Source: a candidate division FCPU426 bacterium (GTDB lineage Bacteria; Oederibacteriota; Muellerivitia; Muellerivitales; Muellerivitaceae). Taken from it: a stretch of 64,000 nucleotides of DNA. The position numbers and the translations under genes are program-made. The stretch's first letter is position 1. Each line of letters opens with the position of its first letter. Location of the stretch: the NCBI GenBank assembly GCA_963719085.1, contig CAVRAL010000004.1, forward strand, positions 928,001 to 992,000, read 5' to 3'. The notes beneath the pieces were generated by a model that made no database searches, had not been told where the DNA came from, and was given only the letters and a program-made list of their open reading frames with translations. Of this stretch, positions 40,648 to 50,049 are shown piece by piece.

Positions 40648-40810
40648 AATGATGGACGCCGATGCCCCACATCTCGTTTATTAAAATTGTTCAAGTGGAT
40701 GTGGGACAATACCGCCCTCTTTAAAGCCTTAAAGGAAGGGCGGCAAGAACGCGGATGAAATTCTTCGGTTGATGTTTATTCGATATCGGCGTTTATCCGC
40801 GCTCATCATT
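40648..40810. repeat. Palindromic element with 10-bp periodic arms and two nested hairpins
   Basis: Left AATGATGGACGCCGAT...GAACGCGGAT, right ATCGGCGTTTATCCGCGCTCATCATT; related to 54447-54529. Confidence 0.7.
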
Positions 40811-40824
40811 GTAAAATGCCCGCC

Positions 40825-41964
40825 TTATTGCAGTTCCAAAAGGCTGATCTCCGGCGGAAGGCCGAACCTGAAAGGGATCATCCAAAAACCCGTGCCGACC
40901 GTCACGTAAAGCTGGCAGCCCTGTTTCTCATAATGGCCCATGTGCCAGGGCGTGAAAGCTTTCGCCAAAGACCAATCCAAAAACCGGATTCCCAATTGTC
41001 CCCCGTGGGTGTGGCCGCTCAAGGTCAGTTCCACCTTGTGCCGCACGGCTTCCTCAAAGGCGTGGGGTTGATGGGCCAGAAGCACCGTGGGGGCGTTCTT
41101 GGGCCGGCCTTTAAGGGTTTTAGCCAGGTCCGGGGACAGGTCCTGGAAGCGCGCGTGCCGGTTCGCGGCGTAATCCGAAAGTCCGGCGATCCAAAGGGCG
41201 GATTTTCCCCGGCGAAGGGCGAAGCCTTGATTGACTAAAATCCGCAAGGCGCTGCCTTTCAGCTCCGCGATGGTCTCGTGGCCGCCCCCATAAAGGTCGT
41301 GATTGCCCAGGATGGCCACCATGGGAACTTTCGATTGGGCCTGTTTTAAACACCGTAAAAACTTAGGGATGTAATAAGCGTTGTCATCGGTGATGTCCCC
41401 GGCGATCACGATGAGGTCCGGGTGATTGCGAAGCGCGATTTTAATAAATTGCCGGAGGCGCGAGGGCCTGGTGAAAAGTCCCACGTGCAGGTCCGACAGC
41501 ATGGCGATTTTGAATCCCCGGAACGCGCGGGGCAGGCGGGGAATCCCGACCTTCACCCGGGCCACGTGCCATCCCACCAGGGCCTGGGCCATCCCGATGA
41601 TCCAAACGACCGCGAGAAAAACAAGATAGGCGTTAGCCAGCGGATGGGTGAAGGCCGTAAAGGATACGAATCCCATCGAACAACGCAGGCCCCAGAAGAA
41701 AGTATCCAAGACCAAAAAGAGGGAAAACAAAACCATGAAAAGGGTCCACATAAACCAAGGCGGGCCCAAATAGGCCCGGGCCCAACGCAAACGGGTGGTG
41801 GTTTTTCGCCGGAAAATTTTGGGGACGAAGATCCAAAGAATGTTGCCAAAAAAACAAGCGAGTAAAAACCAATGAAAATAAGAGGGGTAAAGGACCCCCG
41901 TGGCGGCCAAGGTCGTGACATTAAATAAGAGGAAGGCACCGATGATCAGAAAAAGTTTGATCAT
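40825..41964 (-). CDS. Membrane-anchored metallophosphoesterase (YkuE-like)
   Basis: SDLH, GD, GNHD, LAHQP, SGHTHGGQ; N-terminal TMs. Confidence 0.9.
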   Translation of the reverse strand: MIKLFLIIGAFLLFNVTTLAATGVLYPSYFHWFLLACFFGNILWIFVPKIFRRKTTTRLRWARAYLGPPWFMWTLFMVLFSLFLVLDTFFWGLRCSMGFVSFTAFTHPLANAYLVFLAVVWIIGMAQALVGWHVARVKVGIPRLPRAFRGFKIAMLSDLHVGLFTRPSRLRQFIKIALRNHPDLIVIAGDITDDNAYYIPKFLRCLKQAQSKVPMVAILGNHDLYGGGHETIAELKGSALRILVNQGFALRRGKSALWIAGLSDYAANRHARFQDLSPDLAKTLKGRPKNAPTVLLAHQPHAFEEAVRHKVELTLSGHTHGGQLGIRFLDWSLAKAFTPWHMGHYEKQGCQLYVTVGTGFWMIPFRFGLPPEISLLELQ

Positions 41965-42129
41965 GGCTTTGGGAGTGGGCAAGGCCGGTCCGTTTCTTTT
42001 TAAGGTTTCTTTTCTTACTATTCGGCGTTCCCGGGCCTTTGTCAAGGCAAGCCGGCGGCCTCGTTTTTATATTGGGGGTTGGGGGTTTCAAGGTACAATC
42101 GGGCCCAACGCCAGTCCTGAAGGAACGCG

Positions 42130-43032
42130 ATGGAAGGATTTTTCCAGCTGCTTTTAAATGGAACCGCCCTAGGCTCCATTTACGCCTTGATTGCCTTGGG
42201 TTACACCTTGGTTTACGGCATTTTGAGCCTCATTAATTTCGCCCATGGGGACTTGGTCATGGTGGGCGCCTATACGGGCCTTTTCGCCGCCCTGGCCTTG
42301 GGCGCGGCCGACCATCCTTCCCCGGGCCGTTTTTTTCTGGTGCTTTTAATCGCCATGCTGGTCTCCGCCTTGGTGGGGCTCGCCATTGAGCGATTCGCTT
42401 ACCGTCCCCTGCGCAACGTGCCGCGGCTTAACCTTTTGATCACGGCGGTGGGAGTCTCGCTTTTACTGGAAAACCTCGGCCAAGTGTTCTTTGGCGCCAC
42501 CCCCCGGGTGTTTCCCGACATCATGCCGTCCGTCAATCTTTTTCAATTCGACCAGATCGGGATCAGCAACCAGCAAGTGGTTGTTTTCGGGACCGCGTTG
42601 GTTTTGATGGTTATTTTGGAATGGATCGTTCAGAAGACCCAGCTGGGGCGCGCCATGCGGGCGGTGTCCCACTCCCATGAGACGGCGGCCTTGGTGGGCA
42701 TCCCCACGGATTTCATCATCGCTTTTACCTTTGCCATCGGCTCGGCCTTGGCGGCGGCGGCGGGCATTTTAGTCGGGATTTCCTATCCCCGGGTGGATCC
42801 CTTAATGGGCATCATGATCGGCATGAAGGCTTTCGTGGCCGCGGTTTTGGGCGGCATCGGCAGTATCCGGGGCGCCGTGGTGGGCGGGTTTCTTATGGGC
42901 ATCCTGGAGGCTATGGTAGTAGGTTACGGCTCGTCCACTTACCGGGACGCTTTGGCCTTCATTACTTTAATTCTCATCCTTCTTTTCAAACCGGCGGGGC
43001 TTTTTGGCAAGTACCAGCCGGAAAAAGTTTGA
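42130..43032 (+). CDS. livH: Branched-chain amino acid ABC permease
   Basis: GSIYALIALGYTLVYG..INFAHG. Confidence 0.93.
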   Translation: MEGFFQLLLNGTALGSIYALIALGYTLVYGILSLINFAHGDLVMVGAYTGLFAALALGAADHPSPGRFFLVLLIAMLVSALVGLAIERFAYRPLRNVPRLNLLITAVGVSLLLENLGQVFFGATPRVFPDIMPSVNLFQFDQIGISNQQVVVFGTALVLMVILEWIVQKTQLGRAMRAVSHSHETAALVGIPTDFIIAFTFAIGSALAAAAGILVGISYPRVDPLMGIMIGMKAFVAAVLGGIGSIRGAVVGGFLMGILEAMVVGYGSSTYRDALAFITLILILLFKPAGLFGKYQPEKV

Positions 43033-44000
43033 TCATGAACAACCTGCGTTGGTTCCTCATCCTCGTCGGCCTGGCGGCCATGACCCAAGGTTTTGTTTTG
43101 GTGCTGCCGGCCTATTTCAGGGATCTTTTCACGATCGCCTCCATCAACGCGATTCTCGCGGTTTCCCTCAACTTGGTGAACGGGTTGTCGGGGCAATTTT
43201 CTTTGGGCCAAGCTGGTTTCATGGCCGTGGGCGCCTATACCTCGGCCTCAGTTGATTTATTCTGGATCTCGTCTTGGCATGGAAGCGCTTTTGGAAATCA
43301 GGCGGCCTTTGTGGTTTCACTCCTGGCGGCGGCCTTGGCCGGCGGGTTGGTGGGTTACTTGGTGGGGCTTCCCACCCTTCGGCTCAAGGGTGATTACTTG
43401 GCCATCGCGACGTTGGGCGTGGGCGAGATTATCCGGGTGGTCATCCTCAACATCAACGCGGTGGGCGGCGCCCGCGGGCTTTTCGGCATCCCCTCGGCGA
43501 CCAGCGCCTTTATGACGACCCTCATCCTTTTAACCTGCGTGCTGGCCACCCACCGGTTTGTCCATTCCACGCATGGCCGGGCGCTTTTGGCGGTGCGGGA
43601 AAATGAGATCGCGGCCGAGGCCATGGGCGTGGATACGACGGCCTATAAAGTGAAAGCTTTCGTGGCGTCTTCCGCCGTGGCGGCGGTCGCGGGCGGGTTG
43701 TTCGCCCATTACCTTTGCTATATCAATCCCGGTTCCTTTGATTTCATGAAGTCGGTTGAGATCGTCATTATGGTGGTTTTGGGCGGGATGGGTTCGGTGT
43801 CGGGATCGGTGTTGGCGGCGTTTGTTTTAACCCTCCTGCCGGAAGCCCTGCGGCCCCTGCAGGCGGTGACCCATGTGGACCTTCGCATGGTGATTTACGC
43901 GCTTCTTCTTATTCTCATGATGATCCTTCGGCCCCAGGGGATTTTTGGCCGCAAGGAAATTTGGCAAATGATTATGCTCAAACGAAGGAAACGGGAATGA
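43029..44000 (+). CDS. livM: Branched-chain amino acid ABC permease
   Basis: GQFSLGQAGF, LRLKGDYLAIATLG, VVLGGMGS. Confidence 0.93.
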   Translation: MIMNNLRWFLILVGLAAMTQGFVLVLPAYFRDLFTIASINAILAVSLNLVNGLSGQFSLGQAGFMAVGAYTSASVDLFWISSWHGSAFGNQAAFVVSLLAAALAGGLVGYLVGLPTLRLKGDYLAIATLGVGEIIRVVILNINAVGGARGLFGIPSATSAFMTTLILLTCVLATHRFVHSTHGRALLAVRENEIAAEAMGVDTTAYKVKAFVASSAVAAVAGGLFAHYLCYINPGSFDFMKSVEIVIMVVLGGMGSVSGSVLAAFVLTLLPEALRPLQAVTHVDLRMVIYALLLILMMILRPQGIFGRKEIWQMIMLKRRKRE

Positions 44001-44779
44001 GCGCGGCCCCGGTGCTGGACATTCAAAAGGTGACCCTGGCCTTTGGCGGCCTGGTCGCGGTCGACCGCCTTTCGATGGGCTTGAACGAGGGGGAACTGGT
44101 CGGGCTCATCGGGCCTAACGGCGCGGGTAAAACCACGGTTTTCAATATTTTGTCCGGCATCTACCGGCCCCAATCCGGCGACGTCCGGGTTTTTGGCAAG
44201 CCCATCTTGGGACTCAAGCCCCACCAGATCACCCACTTGGGGCTGGTCCGGACCTTCCAAAATATCCGGCTGTTCAAGGAACTGTCGGTCGAGACCAATA
44301 TCCAGGTGGCCTTTCATCACGGGCAGCCTTATAGCGTGGCGGCGGCTTTGCTCCAAACCCGAAGGTACCGTTATTTTGAGAAGGCTTTTGGGGAAGAGAC
44401 GGAGCGGCTGATGGAAACGCTGGAACTGACCCACCGCCGGGGCGCCCTCGCGGGGGCCCTGCCCTATGGGGATCAGAAAAAGCTGGAGATCGCCCGGGCC
44501 CTGGCCACCGGCGCGCGAATCTTGCTTTTGGACGAGCCCGCCGCGGGCATGAATCCCCAGGAATCCCAATGGCTGGTCCAGGCCATCCAGCGCATCCGCA
44601 AAGAATTCAACCTGACCATTCTGGTGATCGAGCACGACATGAAATTCGTGATGGGCCTTTGCGAAAGGATCGTGGCCGTGGACCACGGCGTGAAGATCGC
44701 CGAAGGTTCCCCGGCCCACATCCAAAAAGACACAAAAGTCATCGAAGCGTATTTAGGAAAAAAGAAAAGCAAAGGCTGA
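43997..44779 (+). CDS. livG: Branched-chain amino acid ABC ATPase
   Basis: IGPNGAGKTT, RTFQNIRLF, LPYG, LLDEPAAG; ATGA coupling. Confidence 0.93.
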   Translation: MSAAPVLDIQKVTLAFGGLVAVDRLSMGLNEGELVGLIGPNGAGKTTVFNILSGIYRPQSGDVRVFGKPILGLKPHQITHLGLVRTFQNIRLFKELSVETNIQVAFHHGQPYSVAAALLQTRRYRYFEKAFGEETERLMETLELTHRRGALAGALPYGDQKKLEIARALATGARILLLDEPAAGMNPQESQWLVQAIQRIRKEFNLTILVIEHDMKFVMGLCERIVAVDHGVKIAEGSPAHIQKDTKVIEAYLGKKKSKG

Positions 44780-45265
44780 TTTTCACCACCAAGGCACCAA
44801 GACACCAAGAAAGGCGTTATAAATGGAAAGGGAACCGCTTGATCCATCCTTGGACCCGATTGCACAGCAGATCGTTGACTCGGCTTTCAAGGTTCATTCC
44901 GTCTTGGGACCCGGGTTATTGGAACAAATTTACGAAACATGCATAGCCAAGGAATTGGTCAAGAGGGGGTTGCGGGTAGATCGCCAACTTGAAGTTCCAG
45001 TTTCATATGATGGGGAAAAGTTAGACACGGGGTTTCGGTTGGACTTGCTGGTGGATGAAAAAGTTATTATTGAAGTGAAAGCCGTGGAAAGCCTGGCGTC
45101 TGTCCATCACGCGCAAATTTTGACTTATCTAAAATTATCGGGACGACGATTGGGTTTATTGATTAACTTTAACGTTCCCGTTATTCGACAGGGAATCAAA
45201 CGAGTTGTTCTTTGAGGGGGTCGCTTTGAATTTCTTGGTGCCTTGGTGCCTTGGTGGTGAAAATC
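44778..45265. mobile_element. Inverted-repeat-bounded GxxExxY cassette
   Basis: 35-bp IRs 44778-44812 and 45231-45265, 34/35 match, each with three CACCAAG(G/A) units. Confidence 0.75.
44823..45215 (+). CDS. GxxExxY protein (PD-(D/E)xK nuclease superfamily)
   Basis: LGPGLLEQIY, RLDLLVD..IIEVKAVE, QILTYLK, GLLINF. Confidence 0.92.
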   Translation: MEREPLDPSLDPIAQQIVDSAFKVHSVLGPGLLEQIYETCIAKELVKRGLRVDRQLEVPVSYDGEKLDTGFRLDLLVDEKVIIEVKAVESLASVHHAQILTYLKLSGRRLGLLINFNVPVIRQGIKRVVL

Positions 45266-45278
45266 GAGGTGATCTTTG

Positions 45279-45995
45279 ATGGGTCATTTGTTGGAAATCA
45301 AGGATTTGTCTGTTTTTTATGACGGGGTTCAGGCCTTGAAGGGCGTCAGCCTGAGCGTGCCGCAAGACGGGATTGTATGTTTGATTGGCGGTAACGGCGC
45401 GGGGAAATCGACCGTGCTGCGGACCGTTTCGGGGCTTAAGCGGCCGACCAGCGGAGAAATTTTATTTAAGGGAGAATCGATCAGCGAGGCTGCTCCACAC
45501 AAGTTAGTGGAAAAGGGGTTGGTTCAATGCCCCGAAGGCCGGGGTATTTTCCCGAAGCTGACGGTTGAGGAAAATCTCGATTTGGGCGCTTACGTGCGCA
45601 AGGACCCGGCGGAAATCAAAAAAGACCTGGAAGAGGTTTACGCGCTTTTTGAGAGGCTCAAGGAGCGCCGCAAGCAATCGGCGGGAACCTTGTCGGGCGG
45701 GGAACAACAAATGTTGGCCATTGGCCGGGCGCTCATGGCGCGGCCCCAATTGCTTTTATTGGATGAGCCTTCTTTAGGCTTGGCGCCCCAAATGATCGAG
45801 ACCATTTTTGAGACCATTGTCGACATCAACCGCCGGGGCACCACGATCCTTTTGGTGGAACAAAACGCCCAGATGGCCCTGGAAATTTCCAACAAGGCTT
45901 ATGTGATGGAAACGGGAACGATTCTTTTGCAAGGCAAGGCGTCCGAAGTCGCGCAAAACCCCAAGGTTCAGCAAGCTTATCTCGGTGAATCTTAA
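45279..45995 (+). CDS. livF: Branched-chain amino acid ABC ATPase
   Basis: GGNGAGKST, PEGRGIF, LSGGEQQMLAIGRALM, DEPSLGLAP. Confidence 0.95.
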   Translation: MGHLLEIKDLSVFYDGVQALKGVSLSVPQDGIVCLIGGNGAGKSTVLRTVSGLKRPTSGEILFKGESISEAAPHKLVEKGLVQCPEGRGIFPKLTVEENLDLGAYVRKDPAEIKKDLEEVYALFERLKERRKQSAGTLSGGEQQMLAIGRALMARPQLLLLDEPSLGLAPQMIETIFETIVDINRRGTTILLVEQNAQMALEISNKAYVMETGTILLQGKASEVAQNPKVQQAYLGES

Positions 45996-46057
45996 AAATT
46001 TTCCTTAAAATTAGAGCTCCGCTTGATTGCTTGTTTTGATCTGGGGGGGCCTTTAAG

Positions 46058-47509
46058 ATGACCCGCTCACTATTTGTCCGGGAGAAGGTTTTGAAAAGCG
46101 TTTTTGAAAGCAAGCTGTTTAAATTTCTGTCCTCGGTCAAATTGGCCCTGCCCATGATCCTTATCCTGGCGGCGCTTTTGGCCGCCGGCACGATCGTGGA
46201 ATCGCTTTATTCCACTCCCGTGGCCAAGCGGTTCGTTTACGGTACCTGGTGGTTCGGAGGTTTTCTTTTTCTTTTAGGGCTCAATGTTTTTTGTTCCGCC
46301 CTGTCCCGGCTTCCTTGGAAAAAGCATCACACGGGTTTTGTCATCACCCACTTGGGCATCCTTTGCGTTTTGGCCGGGTCGCTCATCACCCGCCAATCGG
46401 GCACGGACGGTCAAATCGCTTTGGCCGAAGGCGCGCAAGGCTCCATTTTTCAGGAAGATAAGCCGATCCTTTCTTGCCGCATTGATTCGAATCCGGCTCG
46501 AGCGATCCCAGCGGGGTTTATGTTTTTGGAACCGAGGCCCTCGATTCCCTTTACTTACGCCATCCCGCCGGACGGCGTTTTAAAAATCGACCGGGTTTAT
46601 TTGAACGCCCAAAGGGTTGTGGGCGCCCGGGCGGCCGGACCGCAAGACTCAATTGGAGTTGAGGCGGTTCATTTGAAGCTTCAAAGCTCTTTTGTCCAAC
46701 AAGACAACTGGTTGTTTTTGGGCAAGGATGGCTATGACCGGGTAGATTTGGGACCGGCTTCGGTCTATTTCTCGACGCCTGGAAGCTGGAAAAGCCTGTT
46801 TCGTAAAGAAGGAGCTCATTTTCCTTCGAACGCCCTCGTTTTGCTGAAGGCTCCCTCAGGGGGTTTTGAGTTTCAAGTCCGGCGCCGGGATGTTTGGGGT
46901 CCGGTCCAATCGCTCCAGGTTGGAGTTTTAGAATCGACCGGCTGGATGGACATGCAATTCCAAATTACCGAAGCCATGTCTAACGCGATGCCCGATATCA
47001 CCTATGCCCCCAGCCCCTTGGCTTATCAAAAAGACCCCCAGCCCGCGCTTCACTTTGAGGCCCAAGACGGTCCGCGCCGGGCCGAAGGCTGGCTTGGGTT
47101 TGAGGATCAAATCAATTTTTCTTTGAACGGACGGACTTGGGCCCTCACTTACGGGCCCCGGCAGGCGTCCCTGCCCTTTACGCTTTTCTTGCGCAAGTTC
47201 AACTTAGGGCTGGATCCTGGTACGGAAAACCCCGCTTCCTATGCCAGCGATATCGCCACCTCGACGGGCGGTTCCGCTCCAGGTACGCCTTATACCATCA
47301 GCATGAACCATCCTTTGCATAAGGCAGGCTATACCCTCTATCAGGCTAGTTATTTCCCCTTGGGGGATGGAAAATACACCTCAGTTTTTTCCGTAGGACG
47401 GGATCCGGGGCTGCCTTTGAAATATGGCGGGGCCTTGATCATGGTTTTGGGCATTATTTTCATGTTTTGGTTTAAAAATCCGGCCTGGAAAAAGAAGGAC
47501 GTGAAATGA
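46058..47509 (+). CDS. Cytochrome c biogenesis protein ResB/CcsB-like
   Basis: LSSVKLA..GTIVES, THLG, MNHPL...YQASY, DPG before final TM. Confidence 0.8.
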   Translation: MTRSLFVREKVLKSVFESKLFKFLSSVKLALPMILILAALLAAGTIVESLYSTPVAKRFVYGTWWFGGFLFLLGLNVFCSALSRLPWKKHHTGFVITHLGILCVLAGSLITRQSGTDGQIALAEGAQGSIFQEDKPILSCRIDSNPARAIPAGFMFLEPRPSIPFTYAIPPDGVLKIDRVYLNAQRVVGARAAGPQDSIGVEAVHLKLQSSFVQQDNWLFLGKDGYDRVDLGPASVYFSTPGSWKSLFRKEGAHFPSNALVLLKAPSGGFEFQVRRRDVWGPVQSLQVGVLESTGWMDMQFQITEAMSNAMPDITYAPSPLAYQKDPQPALHFEAQDGPRRAEGWLGFEDQINFSLNGRTWALTYGPRQASLPFTLFLRKFNLGLDPGTENPASYASDIATSTGGSAPGTPYTISMNHPLHKAGYTLYQASYFPLGDGKYTSVFSVGRDPGLPLKYGGALIMVLGIIFMFWFKNPAWKKKDVK

Positions 47510-49284
47510 TCAGGCTTCTAGAAGCGGTAAACCAACAAAAACTTCGCACGCGAAGACGCAAAGACGCCAAGGAAACCTTTTCTTTCATAAAGTCAAAAAT
47601 ATTTGACGATTTTTTTCTATTAAGGCCCTTCTTGGCGTCTTGGCGTCTTTGCGTGGGTAGTTTGTTTTGGTTAGTCGTAATTTTGGTTCCGGCTTTTGGC
47701 GCGGAAACGTTCGACTTTTCAACCCTCCAGCTTTTGCCCATCCAGAACGGCGGCCGGGTCAAGCCTCTGGATAGTTTCGCGCGTGAAAGCGCCCGGCAGG
47801 TGACGGGCCATGAAAACTATCAAGGCCTCTCTTCCATGGATTTACTGATGAATTGGATCGCCAAGCCGGATGACTGGAGCGGCCAAAATTTTATCCTGGT
47901 GGAAAACCTTGAGCTCAAAAAAAAGTTGGGGGTGCCGGCCGCCCAAACCGCGGTGTCCCCTGAATTTTTATTGAAGAACAGCGGCTTCCTGGATTTCGTT
48001 AAAGCCGTTCTTCAAAAACAACAGGACAAGGTCGCGTTGAACCCGTTGGAAAAGGAAACCCTGGCCCTCTTTGGCCGTCTGCAAAAGTTTGGGGACATCG
48101 AGTCCGGCGACGCTTTGGCCTTCATCCCCGTGCCCGACTCCCCCAACTGGCTTTCCATGGGCGAACTGCGCCGGGCTTATGACAAGGCCCCGAAAAAGAT
48201 GCCTCCAGTCGCCCAGCTTTTACTTTTTCGTTTCGCCGAGGTGCTGAAGGCTTACGCCGAAAATAACCCCGCTGATTTTACGGCCCAGAGCCTGCAGCTC
48301 GAGGCCATGCTCAAACCGGCGCAAGAAAATCCGCAGGTGAGGCCCGGCCGGTTGGCGTTGGAAGTGACCTATAACCAGTTGAAGCCTTTTCGTTGGGCTT
48401 GGATTTTACATTTGACGGCGGCCCTATTGATCGCGCTCTCAATTCTTTTGAGCCGGGTTTGGCTCTTCCGGATCGGACTTGTCTTTTTTGGAGGCGGAAT
48501 TTTGGTCAGCGCTTTTGGCTTCGCGGCCCGGTGTTTGATCGCGGGCCGCCCGCCGGTTTCCAATATGTACGAATCGCTCATCTGGGTGACTTTCGGAATG
48601 ACGCTTTTCGCGGCTTTGTTCGAGATTCTATTTAAAAACCGCTCTTTTGTTTTGGCCGGCTCCATTCTGGCGGTGGCGGGGTTTGTTTTGGCGGACAACG
48701 TGCCGTCGGTTTTGGACCCTTCCATTCAACCGCTGGAGCCCGTGCTTCGAAGCAATTTCTGGTTGACGATCCATGTGCTCACCATCACGCTCAGCTACGC
48801 GGCGTTTCTTTTGTCCCTCGGCATCGGTCATGTGGGCCTTTGGACGCTTTTTCGACATCCCAAGGATAGACAAAAACTCAAAGACCAAGCCCAGCTGCTT
48901 TACCGGGTGGTGCAGGTGGGGATCGTGCTTTTGGCTTCCGGCACTATTTTGGGAGGGGTTTGGGCCAGCTATTCCTGGGGCAGGTTTTGGGGATGGGACC
49001 CGAAAGAAACCTGGGCCTTGATCGCGCTATTGGGCTACGTGGCGCTGTTACACGGCAAGATGGCCGGTTGGCTTCAAGAGCGGGGATTCATTATGGGTGT
49101 GGTCTGCGCCTTTCTCGGGGTGCTCATGGCCTGGTACGGCGTTAATTTCGTTTTAGGCGTGGGACTGCACAGCTATGGTTTTTCCAAAGGCGGATTGCCT
49201 TATGTGATCTCATTTGTGGCCGCGGAGTTTATCTTAGTGGCGTTGGCGGGGGTTTTATCTTCTCCTCGAAAGGAAGCGCGATGA
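47506..49284 (+). CDS. ccsA: Cytochrome c biogenesis protein CcsA (system II)
   Basis: GRVKPLDS, PVSNMYES, WLTIHV, WASYSWGRFWGWDPKETW (WWD), GLHSYG. Confidence 0.9.
   Translation: MIRLLEAVNQQKLRTRRRKDAKETFSFIKSKIFDDFFLLRPFLASWRLCVGSLFWLVVILVPAFGAETFDFSTLQLLPIQNGGRVKPLDSFARESARQVTGHENYQGLSSMDLLMNWIAKPDDWSGQNFILVENLELKKKLGVPAAQTAVSPEFLLKNSGFLDFVKAVLQKQQDKVALNPLEKETLALFGRLQKFGDIESGDALAFIPVPDSPNWLSMGELRRAYDKAPKKMPPVAQLLLFRFAEVLKAYAENNPADFTAQSLQLEAMLKPAQENPQVRPGRLALEVTYNQLKPFRWAWILHLTAALLIALSILLSRVWLFRIGLVFFGGGILVSAFGFAARCLIAGRPPVSNMYESLIWVTFGMTLFAALFEILFKNRSFVLAGSILAVAGFVLADNVPSVLDPSIQPLEPVLRSNFWLTIHVLTITLSYAAFLLSLGIGHVGLWTLFRHPKDRQKLKDQAQLLYRVVQVGIVLLASGTILGGVWASYSWGRFWGWDPKETWALIALLGYVALLHGKMAGWLQERGFIMGVVCAFLGVLMAWYGVNFVLGVGLHSYGFSKGGLPYVISFVAAEFILVALAGVLSSPRKEAR
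47547..47655. repeat. Gene-less palindromic element with 8-bp periodic arms inside the ccsA 5' end
   Basis: CACGCGAAGACGCAAAGACGCCAAG vs reverse complement of 47631-47655: 23/25 match. Confidence 0.85.
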
Positions 49285-49952
49285 AACTCATTATTACCGG
49301 GGCTACCGGCACGGCGGGGTCCAAGACCCTGGAAGCGGCTTTGGCGGACAAGCGGGTTAAGAAGGTGACGGTTCTTTCGAGAAAGCTCCTCAATGTGAAG
49401 CACCCTAAGTTGAAGCTTATCTTGATGGATGATTTTTCCAATTATTCGAAAGTTAAAAAAGACCTGAAGGGCCAGGACGCCTGTCTTTGGTGTTTGGGTA
49501 TCTCCCAAAACGCCGTGGACGAGGCGGAGTATATCCGCATTACCTACGATTACACCTTGGCGGCGGCGAAGGCGATGAAGGCCGCCAGCCCGAAAATCAC
49601 CTTTTGTTTTTTAAGCGGGGACGGAGCGGCCACCAGCGAAAAAAGCCCGATGTTGTTTGGGCGGATCAAAGGGAAAACCGAAAACGCCCTGGGCCGGATG
49701 GGGTTCAAGCGCCTGTACCATTTCAGGCCCGGTTACATCCATCCTACCAAGGACCAGCCGAAGAAGCTGGTTTATGAACGGATTTTTGAGCCGCTGACGC
49801 CCTTGCTACACCGGTTCCTGCCCAGCATGATCATTTCCTCGGCGGACTTGGGCAAAGCCATGGTGCAAGCGGCTTACGCGGGCGCGCCGAAGACGATTCT
49901 GAACAATTTGGATATTCGGGAATTGGCGGCAAAATCGCCGGCGAAAGATTAA
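49281..49952 (+). CDS. NAD(P)-binding Rossmann protein (atypical SDR/epimerase)
   Basis: IITGATGTAG, CLWCLG, KGKTE, FRPG. Confidence 0.85.
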   Translation: MKLIITGATGTAGSKTLEAALADKRVKKVTVLSRKLLNVKHPKLKLILMDDFSNYSKVKKDLKGQDACLWCLGISQNAVDEAEYIRITYDYTLAAAKAMKAASPKITFCFLSGDGAATSEKSPMLFGRIKGKTENALGRMGFKRLYHFRPGYIHPTKDQPKKLVYERIFEPLTPLLHRFLPSMIISSADLGKAMVQAAYAGAPKTILNNLDIRELAAKSPAKD

Positions 49953-50049
49953 CCAACATCCCGAGATTTTAATTCCTTCCGCTGAAGCTCCAGGAAAATC
50001 TTCGGGATTCAAGCCCGCTTTGAAACGAAAGACTTATGGAAGCGGGCTA

